A stretch of 64,000 bases of DNA from Nannocystis bainbridge (GCF_028368995.1 NZ_JAQNDL010000001.1:3296001-3360000); one strand, 5' to 3'. Counted from the first letter of the stretch, positions 36,230 to 45,189 are shown. Notes: generated by a model from the letters alone, not told the origin. A program made the numbers and translations.

Positions 36230-37195
36230 TCACGGCTCTGCGCCGCCGAGCGCCACGATCAGCGCGCGCAGTTCGGGCGGCAGCCGGCTCTCGAAGTCGA
36301 GCTCATCCCCTGACATCGGGTGCTGGAACCCGAGCACCGCCGCGTGCAGCGCGTGGCGTCCGAGCCCCTCCGCCAGCCCACGGATCGCAGCAGGCCCGCC
36401 GAGCCCGCCGTACAGCACGTCGCCGACGATCGGATGACCGAGCATGCGGCAGTGCATCCGGATCTGGTGCGTCCGTCCCGTCTCGAGCCGGAACTCGAGC
36501 ACCGCCGCGCCGGTCAATCGCTGCAGCGTGCGCACGTGCGTCACGGCGCGTCGGCCGTCGCGCGCCTCCCACGTGAAGCGGCGGCGATCGATCGGATCGC
36601 GCGCGTGGCCCGTGCGCAGCGTCTTCTCGGCGAACGTCGGCGCATCGCGGACCACCCCGAGATAGCGGCGGCGCAGCGAATGCCGGCGGAACTGCGCCGC
36701 CAGCCCCTCTTGCGCCCGCATGTGCTTCGCCACCACCAGCAGCCCGCTCGTATCGCGGTCCAGGCGGTGCACGATCCCCGGCCGGGTCGCGTCGTTGCCG
36801 GGCAGCACCGGCAGCGACTCGGCCCCGATCCCCAGGTGGTGCAGCACCGCGTTGACCAGCGTCCCGTGCGAGTGCCCGGGACCCGCGTGGACCACCATCC
36901 CGGCCGGCTTGTCGATCACCAGCAGGTGTTCGTCCTCGAACACCACCGTGAGCGGCAGCGCCTCGGGCGTCGCGTGCAGCGGCTCGGGCGCTTGCAGCTC
37001 GAGCTCCACCTCGACCTCGGCATCGACCACGCGGGACGCCTTCAGCGCCGCCCCATCGGCCGCGCACACCTTCCCCGCCGCGAACGCGCGGGCCAGCTGG
37101 GAGCGCGTACAAGGGCTCCCTTGGCGGGCGAGTTCGGCGACGAGGGCCTGGTCGAGGCGACGCCCGATGGCGTCGTTTCCGAGGTGGAGTCGCAG
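36230..37195 (-). CDS. RluA/RluD family pseudouridine synthase with N-terminal S4-like domain
   Basis: 'DKPAGMVVH', 'GIVHRLDRDTSG', 'LETGRTHQIR', 'PIVGD', 'ALHA'; S4-like 'GRRLDQAL...TRSQL' lies upstream of GTG 37069, so the start is placed tentatively at CTG 37195. Confidence 0.88.
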   Translation of the reverse strand: MRLHLGNDAIGRRLDQALVAELARQGSPCTRSQLARAFAAGKVCAADGAALKASRVVDAEVEVELELQAPEPLHATPEALPLTVVFEDEHLLVIDKPAGMVVHAGPGHSHGTLVNAVLHHLGIGAESLPVLPGNDATRPGIVHRLDRDTSGLLVVAKHMRAQEGLAAQFRRHSLRRRYLGVVRDAPTFAEKTLRTGHARDPIDRRRFTWEARDGRRAVTHVRTLQRLTGAAVLEFRLETGRTHQIRMHCRMLGHPIVGDVLYGGLGGPAAIRGLAEGLGRHALHAAVLGFQHPMSGDELDFESRLPPELRALIVALGGAEP

Positions 37196-37204
37196 GCCCG
37201 GAGC

Positions 37205-37474
37205 CTACCAGATGTGGGTCTTGAGGCTCGCCATCGGCTTGATCACGCGGTCGACGATGGCGCGGTCGTAGTAGTTCTTGCGGAACAGCTCGGGCGTCAC
37301 GCGGCCGCGGAACAGGTCACGACCTTCCATGATCTCCTCGCCGAGGGCATCGAAGAAGTTGTCGTTGATCAGCGCCTCCTCGATCTTCTGCTTGTTGTAG
37401 AGCTGGATGTCCGAGGCGATCGCGCGGGCGAGCTGTTGCGCGCGGGCGTCGTTGTCGATGGGCGTGGCTGCCAT
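37205..37474 (-). CDS. Small conserved deltaproteobacterial-type hypothetical protein
   Basis: 89 aa with strong coding bias; 'ARAIASDIQLYN...EGRDLFRGRV' helical motif. Confidence 0.75.
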   Translation of the reverse strand: MAATPIDNDARAQQLARAIASDIQLYNKQKIEEALINDNFFDALGEEIMEGRDLFRGRVTPELFRKNYYDRAIVDRVIKPMASLKTHIW

Positions 37475-37702
37475 CCCGCGAGGATGCCACAGCGCCGCGG
37501 CCCCCGCCAAGTCGCCGCAATTTCGCCGGACGGCCTCGTAAAAGCGCCCTTTGTCCGTGATACGCGGCGGATCTCCCCTGCGCGGGCCGGCCGCCCTGGC
37601 CAGCGCCGCGGGCGGACCGCCGTCATCGGCGGGCGACCCGACGCGCTCGCCCGCTCGGCCCGCCAGGGCCACCAAAATGCCACCAAGTTTGTGGCCCTGC
37701 CG

Positions 37703-37881
37703 CGGCGCATCCTCCGCTGGCGCAGGTGAGCCGTCAACTCATCGTGGACCTACCCGCGGTCACACACGGCGCATCTCCACTGGAGCGGGGAGCCGCGCAT
37801 GGACTCGCTGTCGGGTCGGGCTACATGGGCGCTTCCCGTCGGCAGGGGGAAACTTGCAGCGCCGGCGCATCCCTGCTGGCG
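37703..37881 (-). CRISPR. Degenerate type I-E-like CRISPR repeats, left segment (4 copies)
   Basis: cggcgcatcctccgctggcgcaggtgagcc (37703), cggcgcatctccactggagcggggagcc (37767), gggcgcttcccgtcggcagggggaaac (37827), truncated cggcgcatccctgctggcg (37863); first two spacers 34 and 32 bp. Confidence 0.65.
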
Positions 37882-38018
37882 ACCTCCCGACGCTGACGGC
37901 TCGGGCGGCACTGTACACAGCGAGGGCTTACGATAGCCCTGCGCGGTGAAGCTCGCTACGGCTGCTCGTCGACGCCCGGGCCGGCGCGCGCGATCATCAT
38001 GGTACGTTCAGCGTTGGC

Positions 38019-39269
38019 ATGGCGCGGGTCCACCTTTGGCGCAGGATATCCCGGGCCGGCGTCGACTCCGGCTTGGACGAACATCTGCGGCGAAAGGTCG
38101 AGCTGACGAACAAGCTCGGCTTCACTGCGGGCGTCCTGGTGTTCACGGGAAATTCGCTGTTCTGGGGGGTCCTCGGCGCCGACGTTCGCATGGTCCTCGT
38201 CTTGTTCGCAGCGGCCCTCGCCTATGCCTCGATCCCCTTGATCAACCGCGCGCGTCGGTACGACCTCTCGCGCGGCGTGCTGACCGTTCTTCCGCCGATC
38301 TTCATCGTCGCGGCGGCTGGCATCATCAGCGACACTCCGCTCCTCAGCTTCAAGTTCGCGCTGCTGTCGGTTATCGCCGGGCCGCTCCTCGTGTTCGGCA
38401 TCGAAGAGCCGCGGAAAATGATCGCCGGCATCGTGTGGGTCGCCGTCTGTCTCGTCGGGATGGACACGATGATGCCGATCATCCCGAAGCTTTCGGGATT
38501 AGACGCAAACCCGCTCGAGGGCTCGCTCTCCGTCACGATCAACGCGGCGGTGAGTTGCCTGATTTTTGTCTCCTCGTTCGTCTATTTTCAGCGCCTCAAC
38601 CTCGCCGCAGAGAGGAAGCTGGAGGCCGAGAAGGTCAAGTCGGAGCGCTTGCTCCTCAACGTCTTGCCGCGAGAGATCGCCGATACGCTCAAAGAGTCCG
38701 AGCGAACCATCGCGGAACACCTCGAGAGCGCCAGCATTCTGTTCGCGGACCTCGTCGGGTTCACACCACTAGCGGCGAAGCTCTCGCCCGGCGCCGTCGT
38801 CGACCTCTTGAACGAGCTGTTCTCCGAGTTCGATCGGATGGCCGAGCGGCTCGGCGTGGAAAAGATCAAGACCATCGGCGACTGCTACATGGCGGCCGCC
38901 GGGGTCCCCAGGCCCACCGATGACCATGCCCACGCACTGACGCGGCTAGCGCTGGCTATGCAGGCGTTCATGACGGAGTACCGGTTCGAGGGACGGCGCC
39001 TGGCGCTGCGCATAGGGATCAACTCCGGGCCGGTGACTGCTGGCGTGATCGGCCGCAAGAAGTTCGTCTACGACCTGTGGGGCCACACGGTGAATGTCGC
39101 TAGCCGAATGGAATCGCAGGGGAGCGGCGGAGTCGTTCAGATCACCGACTCGACTCATGCGCTGATCGAGGACGATTTCGCGTGCGTGTCCGGCGGTGTC
39201 GTCAATGTCAAGGGCACTGGCGAAATGCACGTGTGGCACGTCCTCGGAGCCCGCGACGGCCGAGCTTGA
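38019..39269 (+). CDS. Membrane-anchored class III adenylate cyclase, catalytically complete
   Basis: About 6 TM helices; 'SERLLLNVLP'; 'LFADLVGFT', 'EKIKTIGDCYM', 'YDLWGHTVNVASRMES' contain all six canonical residues. Confidence 0.92.
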   Translation: MARVHLWRRISRAGVDSGLDEHLRRKVELTNKLGFTAGVLVFTGNSLFWGVLGADVRMVLVLFAAALAYASIPLINRARRYDLSRGVLTVLPPIFIVAAAGIISDTPLLSFKFALLSVIAGPLLVFGIEEPRKMIAGIVWVAVCLVGMDTMMPIIPKLSGLDANPLEGSLSVTINAAVSCLIFVSSFVYFQRLNLAAERKLEAEKVKSERLLLNVLPREIADTLKESERTIAEHLESASILFADLVGFTPLAAKLSPGAVVDLLNELFSEFDRMAERLGVEKIKTIGDCYMAAAGVPRPTDDHAHALTRLALAMQAFMTEYRFEGRRLALRIGINSGPVTAGVIGRKKFVYDLWGHTVNVASRMESQGSGGVVQITDSTHALIEDDFACVSGGVVNVKGTGEMHVWHVLGARDGRA

Positions 39270-39279
39270 CGGGCTGCGG

Positions 39280-39765
39280 CGGCGCATCCCCGCTGGCACG
39301 GGGGAGCCATCGTCCAAGACCCCCTCATCTTCCAGGCCAAGGGCGCATCCCCGCTGGCGCGCGGGGCCGGCGGCAACCTCGTCGCGGCGAACCTCCGGGC
39401 GGGCGCATCCCCGCTGGCGCGGGAGAGCCCTGACTGCGCTGCCGTCCGGCGCGTGGCAGAGGGGCGCATCCCCGCTGGCGCGGCGGCGCATCCTCGCTGG
39501 CGCGGGGAAGCCCGCACCAACGGAGAGCTGGGAGAGGGTGCCCTTCTGGCGCGGGGGAGCTGGGATCTCCACCCCGCGGCTCTTGAGCTCGTACGGCGCA
39601 TCCCCGCTGGCCCGGGGGAGCCCGCTCGGGGTGCCTGCGGATGTCGTCGAAGGAGGGCGCATCCCCATTGGGTCGTCAAGGACCAGGAGGGCGCATCCCC
39701 ACTGGCCCGGGGGAGCCAAGGTCCCGATGGCCAGCCAGGGCCTCGTGCACGGCGCATCACCACGC
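39280..39765 (-). CRISPR. Degenerate orphan type I-E-like CRISPR array, right segment (~10 repeats)
   Basis: Repeat SGGCGCATCCCCGCTGGCGCGGGGAGCC at 39280, 39341, 39401, 39462, 39484, ~39536, 39594, 39655, 39689, 39750; mostly ~61-bp period with unique ~32-bp spacers; reverse complement resembles the I-E repeat GTGTTCCCCGCGCCAGCGGGGATAAACCG. Confidence 0.8.
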
Positions 39766-40211
39766 CTGCCGACGGCGCCGGCGAGGGCGACACGCCCAAG
39801 ACGGCAATGTTGCGCCGCATCGCCACGTGTACGCGTCTATCAGCGCGACGTGATCCGCGGCCGCCCGCGAGCGGCGATAACCGGGAAATACGAGCGGGAC
39901 GACGACTTGGTTCCCGAGCCGGCGGAAGTGATGGCGCTGTGTCTTGCTGGCGGGCTCGCCGGCAACGGGGTAGCGCTGCGCCACACCGGCGTGCGCAGGC
40001 CGTAAAGGATGATCTCTGGCGAGCTGTCTTTTGGGACACCAAGTACGCTTGGGGGGCGCCAAGCGTGTTTGGCGGTCAAAACACACGGTTTAAGGCGCTA
40101 CGGCTCATGATCCGCGAGGCATCGTCGCGTCACTCTCAGGACGAGCGCGTGTCGTGATGAACGACTCGCTCACTCTCACTCTCTGAGTCTTCACCCTGTA
40201 AGGAGGATACA

Positions 40212-40811
40212 ATGTCTCTCATCGCTACCATGTTCGCACTCGCCACGACGACCACCCCGACGACGCCCAGCGCGTACGATCTTCTCGCCCGTCTGGAGGC
40301 GATGCCCGTGGTGCTCGAGGAAGTCGCGGCCGTCGTCGACCTGAACGACGGCGTGGACCTCGAGGTCAACTTCAATCTGAGCAGCGTCGGTGCGGTCACC
40401 ATCGCCGCGCATGAAGACGACGATGGCTCCGGTCACGGGCTCGTGCTCGTAGGCGCCGCCGTCGTCGCGGAGTTCGAGCTCGCAGGCGACACGGTCGTCT
40501 GGGAGACAGTCGACCTCGCTGGCTTCCGCCCGGAGCAGGTGGAAGCGGTCGCGGCGAGCATCCTGCAGGTCTGGCGCGAGGATGAGGTCGCGGAAGCGCT
40601 CGCCGCCGCGCCCACCGAGCCGACCGAAGACCGGAGCCTCAAGTGCACGGCTGCCGCCGGGATCGCCGGCGCCACGGCAGGCATCTTGATCGGCGCGACC
40701 TGCGGCATCTTCATCAAGAATCCGGTGACGTGCGGCAAGGCCGGGGGGAGCGCCTACGGGGCCGTTTCGCACTATATTTCGAACAAGTGCAACGGCGCGC
40801 AGAACGGGTGA
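40212..40811 (+). CDS. Secreted protein with acidic pro-region and C-terminal Gly/Ala/Cys-rich peptide (putative bacteriocin precursor)
   Basis: Strong RBS AAGGAGG; N-terminal hydrophobic stretch; C-terminal ~55 aa with 4 Cys; the functional call is inference. Confidence 0.6.
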   Translation: MSLIATMFALATTTTPTTPSAYDLLARLEAMPVVLEEVAAVVDLNDGVDLEVNFNLSSVGAVTIAAHEDDDGSGHGLVLVGAAVVAEFELAGDTVVWETVDLAGFRPEQVEAVAASILQVWREDEVAEALAAAPTEPTEDRSLKCTAAAGIAGATAGILIGATCGIFIKNPVTCGKAGGSAYGAVSHYISNKCNGAQNG

Positions 40812-41554
40812 GCAAGGAGGAGGGGGCTTTGGACTCGCAGCGAATTACGCCGTACAGACCCCTGCCGCCGCAGCGGTGGGGTTTCCTGGCGACGAACCAG
40901 TTCTGGTCTCGCGCGTGGCTGACGCCCATCTCCATCGTCTTCTGGGCCGGCGCCGCGGTCTTCTTCAGCCTCTTCGACCTCTTCGCCCTCGTGTGGTGGC
41001 AGCAGGCGCTGGGATTCCTGGCGTTCTACGGGGTCTGGGGCGGGCTGGTGGAGCGGTACTCCAGGAAATACCTGGCTCGCCAGCGGGTGCGGGCGCTCGC
41101 CGGCCCCCGAACCGATCCACCAGAAGGTCCCGCGGATGCAGCCGCCGAGACTACATCGAGGGCCCTCCCGGAGCCTCCTGACGCGTCGTCACGCGCCCTC
41201 GTGCCATCACGCGAGCCACGGCCAGAGCCGTCGCTCGTGGCGACGGCCGAAACCTGGGACGACGGGTACGAGAGGCTGTTCGGGCGCGGCGCAGCCGTCG
41301 CCCAGCTCGTGTCCAATGTCGCTTTCGGGCTGGCGATCTTCTACCCGAGCTGGCCGGTCAAGCTCCTGGCATTCCTGGCTCTGCTCGTTACTTCGCTTGG
41401 CCTCGGGTTGTGGCAACGCCGGAGGGCGATGCCGGCCGGTGGGGAAGTACCCCCCGAGGCACTGGAAACCGGCGCGGGGGCGCCGAACGCAGAGTTGGGC
41501 GGCGCCGGTTCCAACACGGCAGGGCGCTCGCCCGGGGCGCTGCCGCATGAGTGA
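40808..41554 (+). CDS. Hypothetical 4-TM membrane protein (putative immunity protein)
   Basis: GTGA overlap with the upstream stop; two Trp/Phe-rich TM hairpins. Confidence 0.6.
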   Translation: MSKEEGALDSQRITPYRPLPPQRWGFLATNQFWSRAWLTPISIVFWAGAAVFFSLFDLFALVWWQQALGFLAFYGVWGGLVERYSRKYLARQRVRALAGPRTDPPEGPADAAAETTSRALPEPPDASSRALVPSREPRPEPSLVATAETWDDGYERLFGRGAAVAQLVSNVAFGLAIFYPSWPVKLLAFLALLVTSLGLGLWQRRRAMPAGGEVPPEALETGAGAPNAELGGAGSNTAGRSPGALPHE

Positions 41555-41730
41555 GCTCGGCCTGTCGGAACCGATCTAACTCGACCTTGCGCATAGCGGC
41601 GTCGCCGCCGTGGGTCTTGGCGACGGTCTCGCCCCCCGGCTGTCGATCACCACAAATTCGTCAGTCCTTAGGCCGTCCCGCCGCAACCGCGCTGGTCGCT
41701 CGTGAGCGCTCAATTCCCCAGATGCAACCC

Positions 41731-42578
41731 TCAGCCGAGCGGCTCGAAGAGCTCGGCCACGGGCGAGTCGTTCGGGGCGGGGTCGTAGTCGCCGATGCCG
41801 TCGAAGCAAGCGTGAACTTCGGGAGATGAGCCACCACGCGCGCGGGCCATCCGGGCACACCCGGCGAGCAGCGCCAGCACCTCTTCGACCCATGGATCCG
41901 CGAGGTCTTCTATGCACGCCGGAAAAGCTGCGAACCCGGCGGGCACATCGACCTCGGACCTGCGATCGTCCTGCAGCTTCGCCAGCGCGACCGCGAAGTG
42001 TAGCGACACCGCGACGATCGCCGGCGCGCTGCCGTGTCTGGCGACCGCGAGCGTGCGCTCGTGGGCCCGCTCGAGACGGCTCGCAGATGCCCGCCAGTAA
42101 CGGCGGAGCAACCGCTCCGACCGCGAGCGCCGGCGGACCTGCTCGCGGTACTCCGCCTTCCAGCGCGCAACACCGGAGCTGCGCTTCCACGCCTCGACGA
42201 AGAAATCGAGGTCGGCCGGGAACTCGAGCGCGATGAGCCGCTCGATGGCCTCGTCCGCGGCGATCATCGCCGCCTGCCCGAGCGCCGAGCGCAGCGCACC
42301 CCGGCGCTTCGGAGCGACCTGGGCCACCCGGCCTCCGGCGCGCCCGGTTCGGCCGCAGCGAACGCGGCGAACATCCCTGCAGCGTCGGCGAAGCGAGCGC
42401 TCGCGACCGCGGCGAGAGCGTCACGCAGCGCGGCAACCTGGTGCGCCGTCGGCGGGACGTCGTCATCCTCGACCGCCTCGTCTGCATCGGCCGCCTCGAA
42501 GCCCGCCGCGAGCTCGCGCGAAGCGCTCGGATACGGCGTCGCTAAAAATTGCCCGCGCTCGAACAGGAGCGCCGTCAT
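41731..42578 (-). pseudogene. Probably frameshifted hypothetical gene (two overlapping ORFs)
   Basis: ORFs 42264-42683 and 41731-42327 overlap in different frames; protein-like sequence switches frame near 42330. Confidence 0.35.
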
Positions 42579-42757
42579 CACCACCAGGAGCACGTACACG
42601 CGGCCGATGAACGAGCGATGAACGCTGCGGATCTCAGCATTCGCGCATGGACTCGACGACCACGAGACCCGTCGAAATAACATGTCCCTTGGGACACGTT
42701 ATGATCCTTCTCGAGGACTCCCGACCTTCGCGGCCTTTCGATTGTCCAGCAGACCTC

Positions 42758-43954
42758 TCAGCCCACCGTCGCCGGGCTGCGGTACCCCTCCGGCTCCCCG
42801 CGCACCACCGCAGCTCGCTCCTCCGCCGTCAGCTCCGCCCACGTCGCCGCGTCCACCACGACTTGCTCCGGCGTCGCTCGCTCTTCCATTGCGAACGCCG
42901 CCTCGATCGCCGCCCCCCACATGTCGTAGGCCAGCTTGTTCGTCCCCACCACCCCAGCGATCACCTCGCCGGTCCCGACCCCGATGCGCACCCGGATTGC
43001 GCGCGCCTGGCAGGCCTCTGCGCGCTCGACTGCCGCGCGCATGCGCAGCGCCAGGTCGACCGCCGCGCGGGCTGACGGCTCGCGGCCTGACAGCCCGACC
43101 GCCGCCACATACGCATCGCCGACCGTCTTCACCTTGTCCGCGCCACGCTCCTTGCAGACCGCATCGAACGCGCTGAACGTCGCGTTGAGCACACGGACGA
43201 TGTCCTCCGCGGCTGCCTCTTCGGCCAGGCGCGTGAACCCGGCGATGTCGCACACCACGATGCTCACCTGCGGGTGACGTCGCCCCACCCCTTCGCCGCC
43301 CTCGCGCAGCGTCGCCACGAACTCGGCCGGCAGCACCGTCCCCAGCAGCGCGTCCGTGCGGCCGCGCAGCGCTCGCAGCTCGTCGCGCGTCCGCGCCGTC
43401 ACCCGCTGCGCGTAGTACGTCGCCACCGCCATCGCCGCCGCCACCAGCGACATGTTGATCTGGAAGTTGCTGCGCACGTCCTCGGGCGCCGCCCCCATCG
43501 CCGGCACCACCGCGAACGCGAAGCAGAAGCCGAGGAACGCCGCCGCGTTGAGACCTGCCACTGCCAGCGCCGTCCGCCGCCGCTCGCTCGGGAACAGCAT
43601 GAACGTCAGCACGATCACCGGCATGTACCAGTACTGCAGCCCGTAGATCGGCCCGAACAGCGACACCGCGCCGGCCGTCGAGAGCAGCGTGTACAGCGCG
43701 AAGATCACCGCCGCTGCTGCGTGACGGCCCTTCGTCGACAGCCACAGCGAGAACATCGGCGGCCCGATCCCCGCCGACAGCCCGTACACCACTCCTGTCA
43801 GCGAGCCCGCCGCGTAGATCGAGCTCAGCAGCACCGTGATCGCCGTGAAGCCGATCGCCAGCAGGCACAGCCCGTGGAGGAACACCACGTGCTGGCGCTC
43901 GAGCGGCGCCGCGTGCGGGGCCAGGCCCTGGCGCAGCAGTCGCCGGAGGCTCAC
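42758..43954 (-). CDS. Membrane class III cyclase, C1-like half (metal-binding Asp residues only)
   Basis: TM block; 'VVCDIAGFT' and 'KVKTVGDAYV' intact, but 'YDMWGAAIEAAFAME' lacks the catalytic Asn and Arg; GTG 43954 overlaps the upstream TGA. Confidence 0.85.
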   Translation of the reverse strand: MSLRRLLRQGLAPHAAPLERQHVVFLHGLCLLAIGFTAITVLLSSIYAAGSLTGVVYGLSAGIGPPMFSLWLSTKGRHAAAAVIFALYTLLSTAGAVSLFGPIYGLQYWYMPVIVLTFMLFPSERRRTALAVAGLNAAAFLGFCFAFAVVPAMGAAPEDVRSNFQINMSLVAAAMAVATYYAQRVTARTRDELRALRGRTDALLGTVLPAEFVATLREGGEGVGRRHPQVSIVVCDIAGFTRLAEEAAAEDIVRVLNATFSAFDAVCKERGADKVKTVGDAYVAAVGLSGREPSARAAVDLALRMRAAVERAEACQARAIRVRIGVGTGEVIAGVVGTNKLAYDMWGAAIEAAFAMEERATPEQVVVDAATWAELTAEERAAVVRGEPEGYRSPATVG

Positions 43955-45189
43955 GGCGCGCGCCCTGCCTTGCGTGCTCCGCGGACGAAGTACGTCTTCA
44001 TCGCCCCCTTGCCCTTGATCTCCACCCCTTCGCGCCCGCTGCACTCGAAGCGATGGTTGATCTTCGCGAACGTCAGCGGCGACACGTGGACCTCGCCTGC
44101 CAGCCCGTGCATCTCCATCCGCTGGGCCGTGTTGACCGTATCGCCCCACAGGTCGTACGTCGGTCGCACCTGCCCGATCACCCCTGCGACCACCGGCCCC
44201 GAGTTGACCCCGATGCGCACCGCGATCCCCGGCGTCGCCGCGAACTCGTCGCGCAGCGCCAGCCCCAGCGCCACCAGCACCTCCGCGTGGTCCGGGCGGT
44301 ACACCGGCAGCCCGGCCGCCGCGACGAAGCTGGTCCCCGTCGTCTTGATCTTCTCCGCCCCGAACTCGGCGCAGCGGCGGTCGATCGCGGCGAACACCGC
44401 GTGGAGCCGGGCCAGGTACGCCTCTGGCGTCTGGCCCTCGGCCGGGCGGTCGAGCCCGATCACCCGGCAGAACAGCACCGACGCGTCGCCCTGGCGCTCC
44501 GCGATCTCCTGCTCGCCCGCTTGCAGGCGCAGCCCGATCTCCTCCGGGAACACGCTGCGGAGCAGCCGCTCCGACTTCGCCCGCTCGTGCTCGAGGTCTG
44601 CCGCGGCCATCGCGTTGAACGAGCGCGAGCCGTAGCCGACCAGCAGCGTGATCGCCACCAGCAGCCCCTGATGCAGGTACTGGTTGGGCCCGTACTGGGC
44701 CACGCGCCGGGCCAGGTCGCCGTCGAGGTCCCAACCGTAGACCAGCACTGCCAGGCACGTCGAAGCTGCCAGCGCCGTGGCCAGCGCCGCTGTCGGCTCG
44801 CGGCTGGGGAACAGCAGGAACGGCAGCGCCGCCACCAGGATCAGCATGAAGAAGTTGCCGTAGTCGAGCCCGAGGGTCCACGAGCCGACCACGATCGAAG
44901 TCATCACCGCGACGTGGAACACCAGCGCCGCGTCGCGCGGGCGGCCGCGGGCGTGCAGCGCGAACACGGCTCCCAGGCCGCCGACCGTGAGCCCGAGGTG
45001 GGCCAGGAGCGCCGGGTCGAGCGGCCGGCCGGTGCCCATGTGACCCGCGCAGGCCATCACGATCCCGAGCAGCGCCAGCCCGTTGAGCAGGCGGATCCGC
45101 TGACCATCCTCTCGGGACATGTCCTCGCGGACACCCGCCGCGACGGCCCGCGACAGCGCCGCTCGCACCCGCAGGCCCGCGTTCGTCAC
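43951..45189 (-). CDS. Membrane class III cyclase, C2-like half (substrate and transition-state residues only)
   Basis: TM block; 'SERLLRSVFP'; 'VLFCRVIGL' and 'KIKTTGTSFV' lack both Asp; 'YDLWGDTVNTAQRME' intact. Confidence 0.85.
   Translation of the reverse strand: MTNAGLRVRAALSRAVAAGVREDMSREDGQRIRLLNGLALLGIVMACAGHMGTGRPLDPALLAHLGLTVGGLGAVFALHARGRPRDAALVFHVAVMTSIVVGSWTLGLDYGNFFMLILVAALPFLLFPSREPTAALATALAASTCLAVLVYGWDLDGDLARRVAQYGPNQYLHQGLLVAITLLVGYGSRSFNAMAAADLEHERAKSERLLRSVFPEEIGLRLQAGEQEIAERQGDASVLFCRVIGLDRPAEGQTPEAYLARLHAVFAAIDRRCAEFGAEKIKTTGTSFVAAAGLPVYRPDHAEVLVALGLALRDEFAATPGIAVRIGVNSGPVVAGVIGQVRPTYDLWGDTVNTAQRMEMHGLAGEVHVSPLTFAKINHRFECSGREGVEIKGKGAMKTYFVRGARKAGRAP

Noticed and set aside
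38019-39269. Cyclase as a CRISPR second-messenger or Pycsar-type defence enzyme
   Set aside because: It has canonical ATP-specifying residues and a TM anchor, there is no effector gene nearby, and the repeat is type I-E-like rather than type III.
38946-40157. Several 230-300 aa ORFs over the CRISPR-like array
   Set aside because: They translate the repeats (ASPRQRGC/RIPAG); no cas or other domain motifs recognised.
42758-44881. 707-aa ORF suggesting one fused cyclase
   Set aside because: The part upstream of 43954 is an Arg/Gly/Pro-rich shadow frame; two genes with a GTGA overlap explain the sequence, though a frameshifted single gene cannot be excluded without reads.
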